The translations under genes and the position numbers were made by a program. Source: an uncultured Eubacteriales bacterium (GTDB taxonomy: Bacteria; Bacillota_I; Bacilli_A; RF39; UBA660). From it: 50,631 bases of DNA. Shown piece by piece: positions 27,411-35,469 of this stretch. The stretch is from contig ONSL01000002.1 of the NCBI GenBank assembly GCA_900320505.1, forward strand, positions 1-50,631. Reading direction: 5' to 3'. The notes under the pieces are model-generated. The model had not been told where the DNA came from, searched no databases, and was given only the letters and a program-made list of their open reading frames with translations. Every line of letters begins with the position of its first letter. The stretch's first letter is position 1.

Positions 27411-27605
27411 AAGAAATTTACAAACTAAAAAAGAAATAACATAAATAAATATAAAAAATAAAATTTCATATAAAAGATTAGTATTAATAAGACTAAAAAT
27501 AAAACTAAAAAGTGAACTAATCATAATAGAAAAACAAATCTTATTATGAAGACATATAAAAAATAATAAAAATATAATAAAAACCATTAAATAAATAAAA
27601 GCCAT
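27399..27605 (-). CDS. small hydrophobic membrane protein (68 aa)
   Basis: AGGAG SD 8 nt before the ATG, and a TTGAAG-17-TATAAT promoter just upstream. Phe/Leu/Ile-rich sequence is also what antisense AT-rich DNA produces, so this call is tentative. Confidence 0.4.
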   Translation of the reverse strand: MAFIYLMVFIIFLLFFICLHNKICFSIMISSLFSFIFSLINTNLLYEILFFIFIYVISFLVCKFLLKK

Positions 27606-27624
27606 TTTAACAACTCCTAATACC

Positions 27625-27653
27625 ATTATAATAGAATAATATTAAAACTTCAA
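27625..27653 (-). promoter_or_regulatory. putative promoter TTGAAG-17-TATAAT
   Basis: Read on the minus strand, directly upstream of the SD of ORF 27399-27605. Confidence 0.4.
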
Positions 27654-27654
27654 C

Positions 27655-27683
27655 TTGTATTAATTCAGATATTATATTATAAT
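27655..27683 (+). promoter_or_regulatory. putative promoter TTGTAT-17-TATAAT
   Basis: Read on the plus strand, about 30 nt upstream of the start at 27713. Divergent from the previous promoter. Confidence 0.4.
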
Positions 27684-27712
27684 CTTTATATATAAAGTAG
27701 ATGAGGTATAAT

Positions 27713-28459
27713 ATGAAAATAAACAAAGATAAAATCGGAATAAATGTTTTAATGGCATCACTTGCAGTTTCAGGACTACTTTCAATAACAACAGGTGCAA
27801 CATTAAATAAAAAAGTAATAAATAAAAAAGGTAAAAACAAAGTATATGTTAAAGTAATACAAAGATCAACAGCAAACAAAAATGTAGTACCAGTACTTAA
27901 AGAAATAACAATAGAACCAAATATGCCGCTAAGTGTAGATGTTAAAGATTATATAGAAAATATAGATGAATTAAGTAAAACAACACTAAAAAAATGTAAA
28001 CTTGATACATCACTAATTAATGTAGCAGAGCCAGGTACTTATACATATCAAATAACATATAAAGAGAAAAAATATAATGGAATAGTAAATGTAAAAGAAA
28101 AAACACCAGTAATCAACAATATAACGCTTAAAAACATAAGAGTAGAATTAGGAGGAAGTCTTCCTAAAAATATAAATGATTACATAACAGAAGAAATACC
28201 AGAAGAAGCAAAGAGTGAAATAACAATTGATTTATCTGGAGTAAATACAAAAGTAGTTGGAACATATCAGTATTCTGTAGCATATCAAAATAAGATATAC
28301 ACAGGAACTGTGGAAATATATGAAAACAAACAAACATTTATAGAAAATACAGATAACAAATCACAAACAACAGTTACACAGAATACTCAAACAGAAAATA
28401 CTGACACAAATAATACACAAACAGAACAAAATAATGCTGTACAAGAACAAGCACAATAA
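27713..28459 (+). CDS. secreted/anchored protein with two Ig-like repeats and a Q/T/N-rich tail
   Basis: GAGGT SD and an N-terminal hydrophobic signal/anchor. Two ~70 aa repeats end in PGTYTYQITYKEKKYNGIVNVKE and VGTYQYSVAYQNKIYTGTVEIYE. Confidence 0.6.
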   Translation: MKINKDKIGINVLMASLAVSGLLSITTGATLNKKVINKKGKNKVYVKVIQRSTANKNVVPVLKEITIEPNMPLSVDVKDYIENIDELSKTTLKKCKLDTSLINVAEPGTYTYQITYKEKKYNGIVNVKEKTPVINNITLKNIRVELGGSLPKNINDYITEEIPEEAKSEITIDLSGVNTKVVGTYQYSVAYQNKIYTGTVEIYENKQTFIENTDNKSQTTVTQNTQTENTDTNNTQTEQNNAVQEQAQ

Positions 28460-28485
28460 AAGCACTAATCAAAGTGCTTTTTTAT
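28460..28485. terminator. bidirectional intrinsic terminator
   Basis: AGCACT-aatcaa-AGTGCT flanked by an A-run and TTTTTT, between convergent genes. Confidence 0.65.
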
Positions 28486-30110
28486 TATTCAAGTCCAATA
28501 ACTTTACCATTAACTAAATCAATCTTTTCATAATTAGGATTTTTTGGAAGTCCAGGCATAGTATAAACATTACCAGTAAGAATTGTAATAAATCCAGCCC
28601 CTCCATATACTCTAACATCCTTAACATGAAGTGTATTATTAATAGGAGCATTTAGTTTTTTAGCATCATCACTAATTGAATATTGAGTTTTAGAAATACA
28701 TATAGGATAGTTCTTAAAAGGACTATTTTTAATTTCGTTTAATTTAGAAAGAGCATTGGAAGAATATTCCACATTACTAGATCTATAAATTTCTTTTGCA
28801 ACTTTATCTATCTTTGTAAAGATATCATCATCTAAATCATAAATAGTATTAAATTTATTCTCATTATTTAAAACATTCAAAACCTCATTTGCAAGAGAAA
28901 TTGCACCATCTCCGCCATCCTTATATGCAGTAGAAACAGCATAATTAATATGCCTGCTATTAAGAAAATCTTCAATAACATTAACTTCATCTTGAGAATC
29001 TGTATCATATTTGTTAATGCAAACAACAATATTAGAATTAAACTTAAGCATATTCTGAATATGAATAGATAAATTTGGAAGTCCTTCCCTAACCTTTTCA
29101 GGATCAGGAGTTAAAATATCAGTATCAGTAACACCAGCATTATATTTTAAAGCTTTAACAGTAGCAACTATAACACAACAATCAGGTTTTAATCCATTAA
29201 GCCTACATTTTATATCAAAGAACTTTTCTGCACCAAGGTCAGAACCAAATCCAGCTTCAGTAATTGTATAATCAGAAAGAGTAAGTGAAGTTTTAGTTGC
29301 AATAACAGAATTAGTGCCTTGTGCAATATTAGCAAAAGGTCCACCATGAACAATAGCAGGATTACCTTCAAGTGTCTGAACAAGATTAGGTTTAATTGCA
29401 TCTTTTAAAATAACAGTAAGTGCACCTTCTATATTAAGATCTTTTGCATATATTGGTTGTTTATTAGAATTATATCCACATATGATATTTCCAAGTCTAA
29501 TCTTCAAATCATCAATATCTTTAGAAAGACAGAAAAGAGCCATAACCTCAGATGCAGCAGTAATATCAAAAGAAGTATCAGAAAGTTTAGTCTTAACAGT
29601 TCTTAAAGATCTATCATTAACATCCAAACATCTTCTAAAGGTAACCTTTTGAAAATCAAGTTTATTACCCTTCTCTATATGATTATCAATCGCTGCAGCG
29701 AGTAAGTTATTTGCAGATTCAATTGCAGCAAAATCACCGGTAAAATTTAGATTAATATTTTCCATTGGAACAATTTGAGAATGTCCTCCTCCGCAAGCTC
29801 CACCTTTAATACCAAAAACAGGTCCCATAGAAGGTTCACGTAAAGCAAGTGAAGCATTAAGTCCTAGTTTTGAAATAGCATCGCAAAGCCCAATACTAAC
29901 AGTAGTTTTCCCTTCTCCATAAGGAGTAGGATTAATACTAGTAACTAAAATAAGCTTTCCATAATTATCTTTATTATCAATATCACTATAATCAATTTTA
30001 GCCATATGATTACCATAAAAAATAACATTAGATGAATTAAGTCCTAGTCTTTCTGCAACACTTCCTATATCATTTAACTCTATACTATGTGAAATTTCTA
30101 TATCATTCAT
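28485..30110 (-). CDS. fhs: formate--tetrahydrofolate ligase
   Basis: MNDIEISHS..., PYGEGKTTVSIGL and GGPFANIA motifs. GGGGTG SD before the ATG at 30110. The track's 35 aa N-terminal extension runs through leader hairpins and is not credible. Confidence 0.9.
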   Translation of the reverse strand: MNDIEISHSIELNDIGSVAERLGLNSSNVIFYGNHMAKIDYSDIDNKDNYGKLILVTSINPTPYGEGKTTVSIGLCDAISKLGLNASLALREPSMGPVFGIKGGACGGGHSQIVPMENINLNFTGDFAAIESANNLLAAAIDNHIEKGNKLDFQKVTFRRCLDVNDRSLRTVKTKLSDTSFDITAASEVMALFCLSKDIDDLKIRLGNIICGYNSNKQPIYAKDLNIEGALTVILKDAIKPNLVQTLEGNPAIVHGGPFANIAQGTNSVIATKTSLTLSDYTITEAGFGSDLGAEKFFDIKCRLNGLKPDCCVIVATVKALKYNAGVTDTDILTPDPEKVREGLPNLSIHIQNMLKFNSNIVVCINKYDTDSQDEVNVIEDFLNSRHINYAVSTAYKDGGDGAISLANEVLNVLNNENKFNTIYDLDDDIFTKIDKVAKEIYRSSNVEYSSNALSKLNEIKNSPFKNYPICISKTQYSISDDAKKLNAPINNTLHVKDVRVYGGAGFITILTGNVYTMPGLPKNPNYEKIDLVNGKVIGLE

Positions 30111-30126
30111 TAAAATCACCCCAAAC

Positions 30127-30162
30127 TTGCATTTCTGTAAAAAAAACACTGCAGAAATGCAA
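30127..30162. repeat. inverted repeat / hairpin B in the fhs leader
   Basis: TTGCATTTCTG-14 nt-CAGAAATGCAA (11 bp arms), ending 16 nt before the fhs SD. Confidence 0.85.
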
Positions 30163-30175
30163 AAATTCCCTAGAG

Positions 30176-30219
30176 AAAATTGCATTTCTGTAAAAAAATT
30201 ACCACAGAAATGCAATTTT
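30176..30219. repeat. inverted repeat / hairpin A in the fhs leader (terminator-like)
   Basis: AAAATTGCATTTCTGT-12 nt-ACAGAAATGCAATTTT, a perfect 16 bp stem. Its core arms are identical to those of hairpin B. Confidence 0.85.
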
Positions 30220-30236
30220 AATCATTTGTCAACTTA

Positions 30237-30266
30237 ATTATAATATTGTATCCTATCACTTGTCAA
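30237..30266 (-). promoter_or_regulatory. sigma-A-type promoter for fhs
   Basis: Minus strand TTGACA-18 nt-TATAAT, upstream of both leader hairpins. Confidence 0.55.
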
Positions 30267-30285
30267 AAGAAAAAGGAGGGATTTT

Positions 30286-31716
30286 ATGAAAAAATATATA
30301 ATTTTCTTATTGACAATAATATTATTAATTGGAGTAAAATCATTAAATGCACATGCACTAACATTTCATGAAGCAGAATACATCGATGGAATATACACAA
30401 AGAGTGTAAGAGAAGACGGATACTCTAAATTTCAAAAAGCAAGAATCTTCAGAAGAGATGATGACAACACAATCGCATATTGTGCAGAACCCTTTAAAGA
30501 TTTCGACCCAAAAGTAAACTATGGTGCTGCAGAAAATTGGAGATTAGATGAAAACATGTATAAATTCGTATCAAAAATAATAGATTTCGGATATGGATAC
30601 AAAGATCACACAGATCCAAAATGGTATGCAGTATCACAAGTTATGATTTGGAGATCACTTGAGCCACTTTCAAGACCAATGTATTTCACAAATGGATTGA
30701 ATGGTCCAAGAATAGAAATATTTCAAGAAGAAATGGATGAAATAAGTCGTTTGATAAATTGGTATGATACTGAACCTAAATTAGTTGGAAAAACAAGCGG
30801 TTATGTTGGTGATACATTAACATTAACAGATGAGAATAATGTTATAAGTGACTATAAGACACCAAATGAAGGTGTAGAAATTAAAGGAAATCAAGTGATA
30901 ATTAAAAATATTCAGAAAGGAACAAGAGAAATAACATTCACAAGAAATTCACCAAGAGAAGGTAGACAAGCCGGATACTACTATAGTGAAACAAATCAAA
31001 GCCTAATAACACCTGGCCAATTTGAAATCAATTCATTTAACATAAAAGTAACAGGAAAAAACAACAAGATTATCATAATTAAAAATGATAGTGAAACAGG
31101 TAGTGTTAAAAATGGAGAAGCAGAACTAGATGGTGCAGTAATCGGAATATATGATGAAAAAGACAATCTAGTAAGAAAAGTAGAAATTAAAAATCAAAGA
31201 GGTCAAACTACAAACATCGATAATGGAAAATATTATCTTAAAGAAATTAAGCCTGGTAAAGGATATAATCTAAATCAAGAAAAAATAGACTTTGAAGTAA
31301 CAGATGATAGAGATACAATAATATTAGGTATAGTAAATAAAGTAATAAAAAAAGAAATAACTATACATAAAGAATATGGAAAAGAAAATTTAAAAAGCGA
31401 ATCTGGAATTACATTTGAAATAACAGATAAAAATGGAAACAAAATAAAAGAAATAACAACAGATAATGAAGGAAATGCTAAAGCTATGCTTCCATATGGA
31501 ACATATAAAGTATCTCAAAAAAATACAACAGAAGGATATCAAAAAGTAGAAGATTTTGAAATAGTTGTAGACGATAATGACAATGATTACGTATATAAAC
31601 TATTCGATTATAAAATAGATGTTCCAAATAGTGGTATAGAAGAAGGAAACTCCCTATTATTACTATTATTTCTAATATTTCCAGTACTGATACTTAAAAA
31701 ATGTTATACAAAATAA
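30286..31716 (+). CDS. sortase-anchored surface adhesin: thioester (TQXA-like) domain + two SpaA/CnaB-type domains
   Basis: AAAGGAGGG SD and a signal peptide. AYCAEPF and YAVSQVMIW resemble the Cys and TQxA(I/V)W thioester motifs. Two L.GA...i.D..g......t...G.Y.l.E...P.GY-type domains. The C-terminus is VPNSG + hydrophobic stretch + KKCYTK. Confidence 0.65.
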   Translation: MKKYIIFLLTIILLIGVKSLNAHALTFHEAEYIDGIYTKSVREDGYSKFQKARIFRRDDDNTIAYCAEPFKDFDPKVNYGAAENWRLDENMYKFVSKIIDFGYGYKDHTDPKWYAVSQVMIWRSLEPLSRPMYFTNGLNGPRIEIFQEEMDEISRLINWYDTEPKLVGKTSGYVGDTLTLTDENNVISDYKTPNEGVEIKGNQVIIKNIQKGTREITFTRNSPREGRQAGYYYSETNQSLITPGQFEINSFNIKVTGKNNKIIIIKNDSETGSVKNGEAELDGAVIGIYDEKDNLVRKVEIKNQRGQTTNIDNGKYYLKEIKPGKGYNLNQEKIDFEVTDDRDTIILGIVNKVIKKEITIHKEYGKENLKSESGITFEITDKNGNKIKEITTDNEGNAKAMLPYGTYKVSQKNTTEGYQKVEDFEIVVDDNDNDYVYKLFDYKIDVPNSGIEEGNSLLLLLFLIFPVLILKKCYTK

Positions 31717-32234
31717 TATTATTTATATTGTTTTCATTAAATGTAAAAGAAAACAATATAGTTAATAATAAACTATATTGTTATGATACACCAAAAATAA
31801 ATATAGCAGAAGGAAAAATAAAAGAAGAAAAACAAATACTTAAAAATAATCTTCAAGATAATCTTCTCGCAACAATTACAATAGATAAAATAAAAATATA
31901 TAATAAACCAATATATAAAATGAATACAAAAGAAAATAACATAAATAAAAATATAACAATACTAAAAAATGATGAAGACTTAAAAGTATTAGTTGCACAT
32001 TCAGGTATTGGAGAAATAGCATATTTTAAAAATCTATATAAATTGGAAGAAAACGATATTGTATCATTAAAATTTAATGAAAGAATAGATAAATACATTG
32101 TGAAAAACATATATGAAGAAGAAAAAGATGGAACATTAGAAATAGAAAAGAAATATGATAATGAGTTAGTGCTAACAACATGTAGTTATAACAAAGGAAA
32201 ACAATTAATAATAGAAACAGAAAAAGTGATATAA
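31701..32234 (+). CDS. sortase-family transpeptidase (catalytic Arg position occupied by Lys)
   Basis: N-terminal TM segment, VLVAHSG (His100), ELVLTTCS (Cys161), then KQLIIETEKV aligning with SrtA RKIFVATEV. The start overlaps the adhesin 3' end by 16 nt. Confidence 0.7.
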   Translation: MLYKIILFILFSLNVKENNIVNNKLYCYDTPKINIAEGKIKEEKQILKNNLQDNLLATITIDKIKIYNKPIYKMNTKENNINKNITILKNDEDLKVLVAHSGIGEIAYFKNLYKLEENDIVSLKFNERIDKYIVKNIYEEEKDGTLEIEKKYDNELVLTTCSYNKGKQLIIETEKVI

Positions 32235-32248
32235 ACTATCACTTTTTT
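32222..32248. terminator. bidirectional intrinsic terminator
   Basis: AAAAGTGATA-taaac-TATCACTTTT followed by TT, overlapping the ends of two convergent genes. Confidence 0.65.
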
Positions 32249-33534
32249 GATGCTTCTTCAATAGCAGTTTGAAGTTGATTATCAGTATCAACTGAAGGAT
32301 TATTATAATAATTATCATCTAAACTAACTTCTATTGTAGGTTTAATACCTTTTTTATTAATACTATTACCACGAGGAGTAAGCCATTTTTCAGAAGTATA
32401 TTTTAAACTAGTACCATTAGATAATGTATATTCTTTTTGAACAGTACCTTTTCCATAAGTAGTTGTTCCAACAAGTTCTGATTCATAACTTTCATTCATT
32501 GCACCAGCAAGAATCTCAGATGCAGAAGCACTATTACTATTAATAAGAACAACAACCTTATAAGTTCTCTTCTCATTTGAAAGTGAATAATACTTTGTCT
32601 TTTTACCATTAGACTCTATTTGATAAAGCACATGTTTCCTATCCATAAACATAGAAAGAATCTTAGTAACTTGATCAAGAGCTCCTCCTGGATTATCTCT
32701 AACATCTATAACTAAAGAATCAATATTATCCTTTTCGAGTTCAGTAAGTTTATTTTTAAATTGTTTATAAGTATTACTAGAAAACATACTTATATTAAGA
32801 TATCCAACTTTCTTACCATTTCTATCAAAAGTCTTACTACTAACGGATGGAATATCAACATTAGATAAAGTAAGTTCAGTATCAAATGTTTTACTATCCC
32901 TAGTAACATTTAAAGTAAGATGTGATTTCTTCTTTATTAAACTAACAACTTCATCAAGTGTTTTACCACTAACATCTGTATCATTTACTTTATTAATAAT
33001 ATCACCAGTTTTTAAACCAGCACGAGATGCAGGACTTCCATCAAAGACAGAAACTATAGTAACCTTAGAATCAATTATACTAACCTGAACACCAATTCCC
33101 TTATAGGAACCATTTACAGTATTATTAAATGTTTCAGACTCCTCTTCATCCATATATGTAGAATAAGGATCACCAAGTTCAGACATCATACCATTAATAG
33201 CACCATCAATTAACTTTTTTCGACTAACCTTCTTATAATAATCATTATAAAGACTATAATAAACATCTTTAAAATTATTAAGATATTTATCATCTTCATT
33301 ATTAGAAGAAACAATTTCACCAATAATGGCACCAAATATCAAAGAAACAACAACAAGTATAACAGCTTCAATTAAATTAAATTTAACATTTAAAATACTA
33401 TCGCTTTTATCCCTATCTTCCTTATCCCTTTTCTTCTTTCTTTTTTCTTTAGTCTTCTTTAATTTAACATCATTCTTATTAAATAAATTAAACTTCTTAT
33501 CTTTTTCTTTTCTTTCTCTTTTTTTCTTTTTCAT
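32239..33534 (-). CDS. S41-family C-terminal processing peptidase (PDZ domain, membrane anchored)
   Basis: PDZ motif GSPASRAGLKTGD. Ser motif NSNSASASEILAG. TYGKGTVQ. The likely start is MKKKKRERK at 33534 (GAGGAG SD). The track's extension overlaps the tRNA region. Confidence 0.8.
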   Translation of the reverse strand: MKKKKRERKEKDKKFNLFNKNDVKLKKTKEKRKKKRDKEDRDKSDSILNVKFNLIEAVILVVVSLIFGAIIGEIVSSNNEDDKYLNNFKDVYYSLYNDYYKKVSRKKLIDGAINGMMSELGDPYSTYMDEEESETFNNTVNGSYKGIGVQVSIIDSKVTIVSVFDGSPASRAGLKTGDIINKVNDTDVSGKTLDEVVSLIKKKSHLTLNVTRDSKTFDTELTLSNVDIPSVSSKTFDRNGKKVGYLNISMFSSNTYKQFKNKLTELEKDNIDSLVIDVRDNPGGALDQVTKILSMFMDRKHVLYQIESNGKKTKYYSLSNEKRTYKVVVLINSNSASASEILAGAMNESYESELVGTTTYGKGTVQKEYTLSNGTSLKYTSEKWLTPRGNSINKKGIKPTIEVSLDDNYYNNPSVDTDNQLQTAIEEASKK

Positions 33535-33560
33535 GATTCTCCTCATATTCCTTATATAAT

Positions 33561-33582
33561 ATAAAAATCGCCATAAGCGATT
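33561..33582 (-). terminator. intrinsic terminator after tRNA-Asn
   Basis: Minus strand: AATCGC-ttatg-GCGATT followed by TTTTAT. Confidence 0.55.
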
Positions 33583-33592
33583 ATTAACAAAA

Positions 33593-33669
33593 TGGCGCCC
33601 CAACTAGGACTTGAACCTAGGACCCCTTGATTAACAGTCAAGTGCTCTAACCAACTGAGCTATTGAGGC
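33593..33669 (-). tRNA. tRNA-Asn (anticodon GTT), CCA encoded
   Basis: GCCTCAATAGCTCAGTTGGTTAGAGCACTTGACTGTTAATCAAGGGGTCCTAGGTTCAAGTCCTAGTTGGGGCGCCA. The cloverleaf folds by hand and the anticodon loop is CTGTTAA. Confidence 0.9.
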
Positions 33670-33680
33670 ATAGAAAGGTA

Positions 33681-34181
33681 CTACTCTATAGTACTATCTA
33701 AATAATCACTAAAATTTTCTGTAACATAAGAAACATTTTTATGATCTTTAATTCTTATAATAGTAGCACCATTAACTTTTAAATCTTTGATACTTTGTAC
33801 ATCTTTATTAGCATCACTACTTATATATCTCTTATTTAGTCCTTCATTTAAATCAACAGTATAAATTTCAAGTGACTTCTTCTTATTTCTATACTTAGAA
33901 ACAAGTTCAGCATAATCAGATGAATCATCAGAAGTTGAATCATAGAAGAAAACTAAATAATCATTTGACTTAATTTTAAACGTAGAACCCGCAAGAATTT
34001 TAGTATACTCAATACTGTTATTAGTCTCAATCTTACTACTTCTATGATTTAATATAACCACAGTAAGTAAATAGAAAAGAACAAATATAACAAGTATAGC
34101 AACTATTACCTTAATAGTACCACTAAAACTAGTACTAGTATCTATATCTATATTGTTTGATGTCTTTTTTCTTTTTGCCAT
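33681..34181 (-). CDS. membrane-anchored hypothetical protein (possible Cys-less thioredoxin-like fold)
   Basis: N-terminal TM segment and an intact 166 aa ORF. The fold suggestion is weak. Confidence 0.5.
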   Translation of the reverse strand: MAKRKKTSNNIDIDTSTSFSGTIKVIVAILVIFVLFYLLTVVILNHRSSKIETNNSIEYTKILAGSTFKIKSNDYLVFFYDSTSDDSSDYAELVSKYRNKKKSLEIYTVDLNEGLNKRYISSDANKDVQSIKDLKVNGATIIRIKDHKNVSYVTENFSDYLDSTIE

Positions 34182-34228
34182 ATAACCACCAATAGAAGTA
34201 TAGCATAATAATTAACAAAAAGTAAAGA

Positions 34229-35197
34229 CTATTTCATAGTAGGAACTGCATTAATTGAAGAAGCAACAGAAACAAGTTCATCTTTATTTAAAGAATCACT
34301 AACAAGATAATAAGAATTTTTACCACTAGTAAAGTAAACTGAATTATCAGAAACTGTTCCGTAACCATCTTGTAAATAGACAGGTTCCCCAAATGTAGGT
34401 ATCACAGTTTCTTTTGGACTAGCTTCTAAAACCTCCTCAACAAGAGTAAAAGGTTTATCACCATCAAAAGTCATAATAACACTTTTACCATCTTCGCTTT
34501 TATCTTCATTAGAAAGATGAGTGCCTGAAGGAATATCTAAAGGATAAACACTTTGCACTTCACTACTGCTTTCAAAAGTTTCCTTAATGCTTAAATTATT
34601 ATCAAGCTTAAAATTACTATTAGCAATATATTTATTATACTTAATTTTATTAAATATCATATTTATAACAATACTTCCATTATCATCATAGACATTAACT
34701 CTTTTAGCATTCATTTTCCTATCAAAAATAATACTTTGTCTAACTAAATGTCTATTGCTAGGATAATTAACAGAAGTGCTAAAAGAATACATATTCTTTT
34801 CTTTTTTAAACTTTCTATTATCATCACCTTCTATATCAGAAAGAAGACTTTTAAGAAGATAAACTTCAGAATTATTATAAGGCCAGTTGCTCTGAAACTT
34901 AAAACTCTTATTAAGAGAAGGAGTAACTATATAAACGCCTTTATTATTTTTTAAAATAATTTGAGAATAATTAGTATCTTTATTTAAAAGCTTAACTCTA
35001 TACATATTATTCTTATAAAAAACAGAAACATCATACTTATAAACATTATTTGAATTATTAACAGTTAAATCACCACTTAATATATAGCTCTTACTATCTG
35101 CCTTATCTTTAAACATCTTAAGTGCTTTTCTATCATTCATAGAGGAACATCCAGTAATAAAAACAATACCAATTAATAAACATAATAACCTTTTCAA
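34229..35197 (-). CDS. lipoprotein, LolA-like/DUF4367-like (YdcC-type)
   Basis: Likely TTG start with AGGTG SD, giving MKRLLCLLIGIVFITGCSS (lipobox ITGC). The family assignment is tentative. Confidence 0.55.
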   Translation of the reverse strand: MKRLLCLLIGIVFITGCSSMNDRKALKMFKDKADSKSYILSGDLTVNNSNNVYKYDVSVFYKNNMYRVKLLNKDTNYSQIILKNNKGVYIVTPSLNKSFKFQSNWPYNNSEVYLLKSLLSDIEGDDNRKFKKEKNMYSFSTSVNYPSNRHLVRQSIIFDRKMNAKRVNVYDDNGSIVINMIFNKIKYNKYIANSNFKLDNNLSIKETFESSSEVQSVYPLDIPSGTHLSNEDKSEDGKSVIMTFDGDKPFTLVEEVLEASPKETVIPTFGEPVYLQDGYGTVSDNSVYFTSGKNSYYLVSDSLNKDELVSVASSINAVPTMK

Positions 35198-35268
35198 ATA
35201 AATCACCTAATAAAATATACGTATAAAAAGTAAAAATATGTTAAAAATAAAAAAGAAAGGATGATTAA

Positions 35269-35463
35269 ATGGAAATAATAGAAAAAATAGCATTAGTACT
35301 TACAATAATTGGTGGAATAAACTGGCTACTAATAGGAATATTTGATATAAACATAGTATCAACAATAATATCAAATAAAATGATAGATAATATTATATAC
35401 ATAATAATAGGAGTAGCAAGTCTAATATCAATAAACTATTTAATAGAAGAAAAAAGAGCTTAA
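35269..35463 (+). CDS. DUF378-family small membrane protein
   Basis: LVLTIIGGINWLLIGIF motif. 64 aa. Confidence 0.65.
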   Translation: MEIIEKIALVLTIIGGINWLLIGIFDINIVSTIISNKMIDNIIYIIIGVASLISINYLIEEKRA

Positions 35464-35469
35464 GCTCTT

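Noticed and set aside
27607-27879. A 90 aa minus-strand ORF overlaps the start of the 27713-28459 gene.
   Set aside because: It has no SD and a Phe/Leu/Ile-rich composition typical of the antisense of A-rich coding DNA. It also overlaps a better-supported plus-strand gene and its promoter.
30111-30215. The ORF track extends fhs by 35 aa (MHFCGNFFTEMQFSLGNFCISAVFFLQKCKFGVIL) from a TTG start.
   Set aside because: The extension is just the translated twin hairpin repeats. Canonical fhs begins at MNDIEI with a GGGGTG SD at 30110.
30127-30219. The two ~36-44 bp similar repeats could suggest a mini CRISPR array or a REP/MITE element.
   Set aside because: There are only two copies, each is itself a palindrome, no third repeat or cas genes are present, and the core was not seen elsewhere in the window. 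They are treated as leader hairpins or operators instead.
30111-30235. I looked for a ZTP (pfl) or THF riboswitch upstream of fhs.
   Set aside because: I could not find the conserved GGGTCGTGAC/CCGCCTGGGC-type ZTP elements or a THF-like fold. The region is almost entirely the two AU-rich hairpins.
33535-33603. The track's N-terminal extension of the S41 peptidase (MGRHFVNNRLWRFLYYIRNMRRI) reaches into the tRNA-Asn region.
   Set aside because: It crosses the tRNA terminator and overlaps the 3' end of the tRNA. The GAGGAG SD precedes the internal MKKKKRERK start at 33534.
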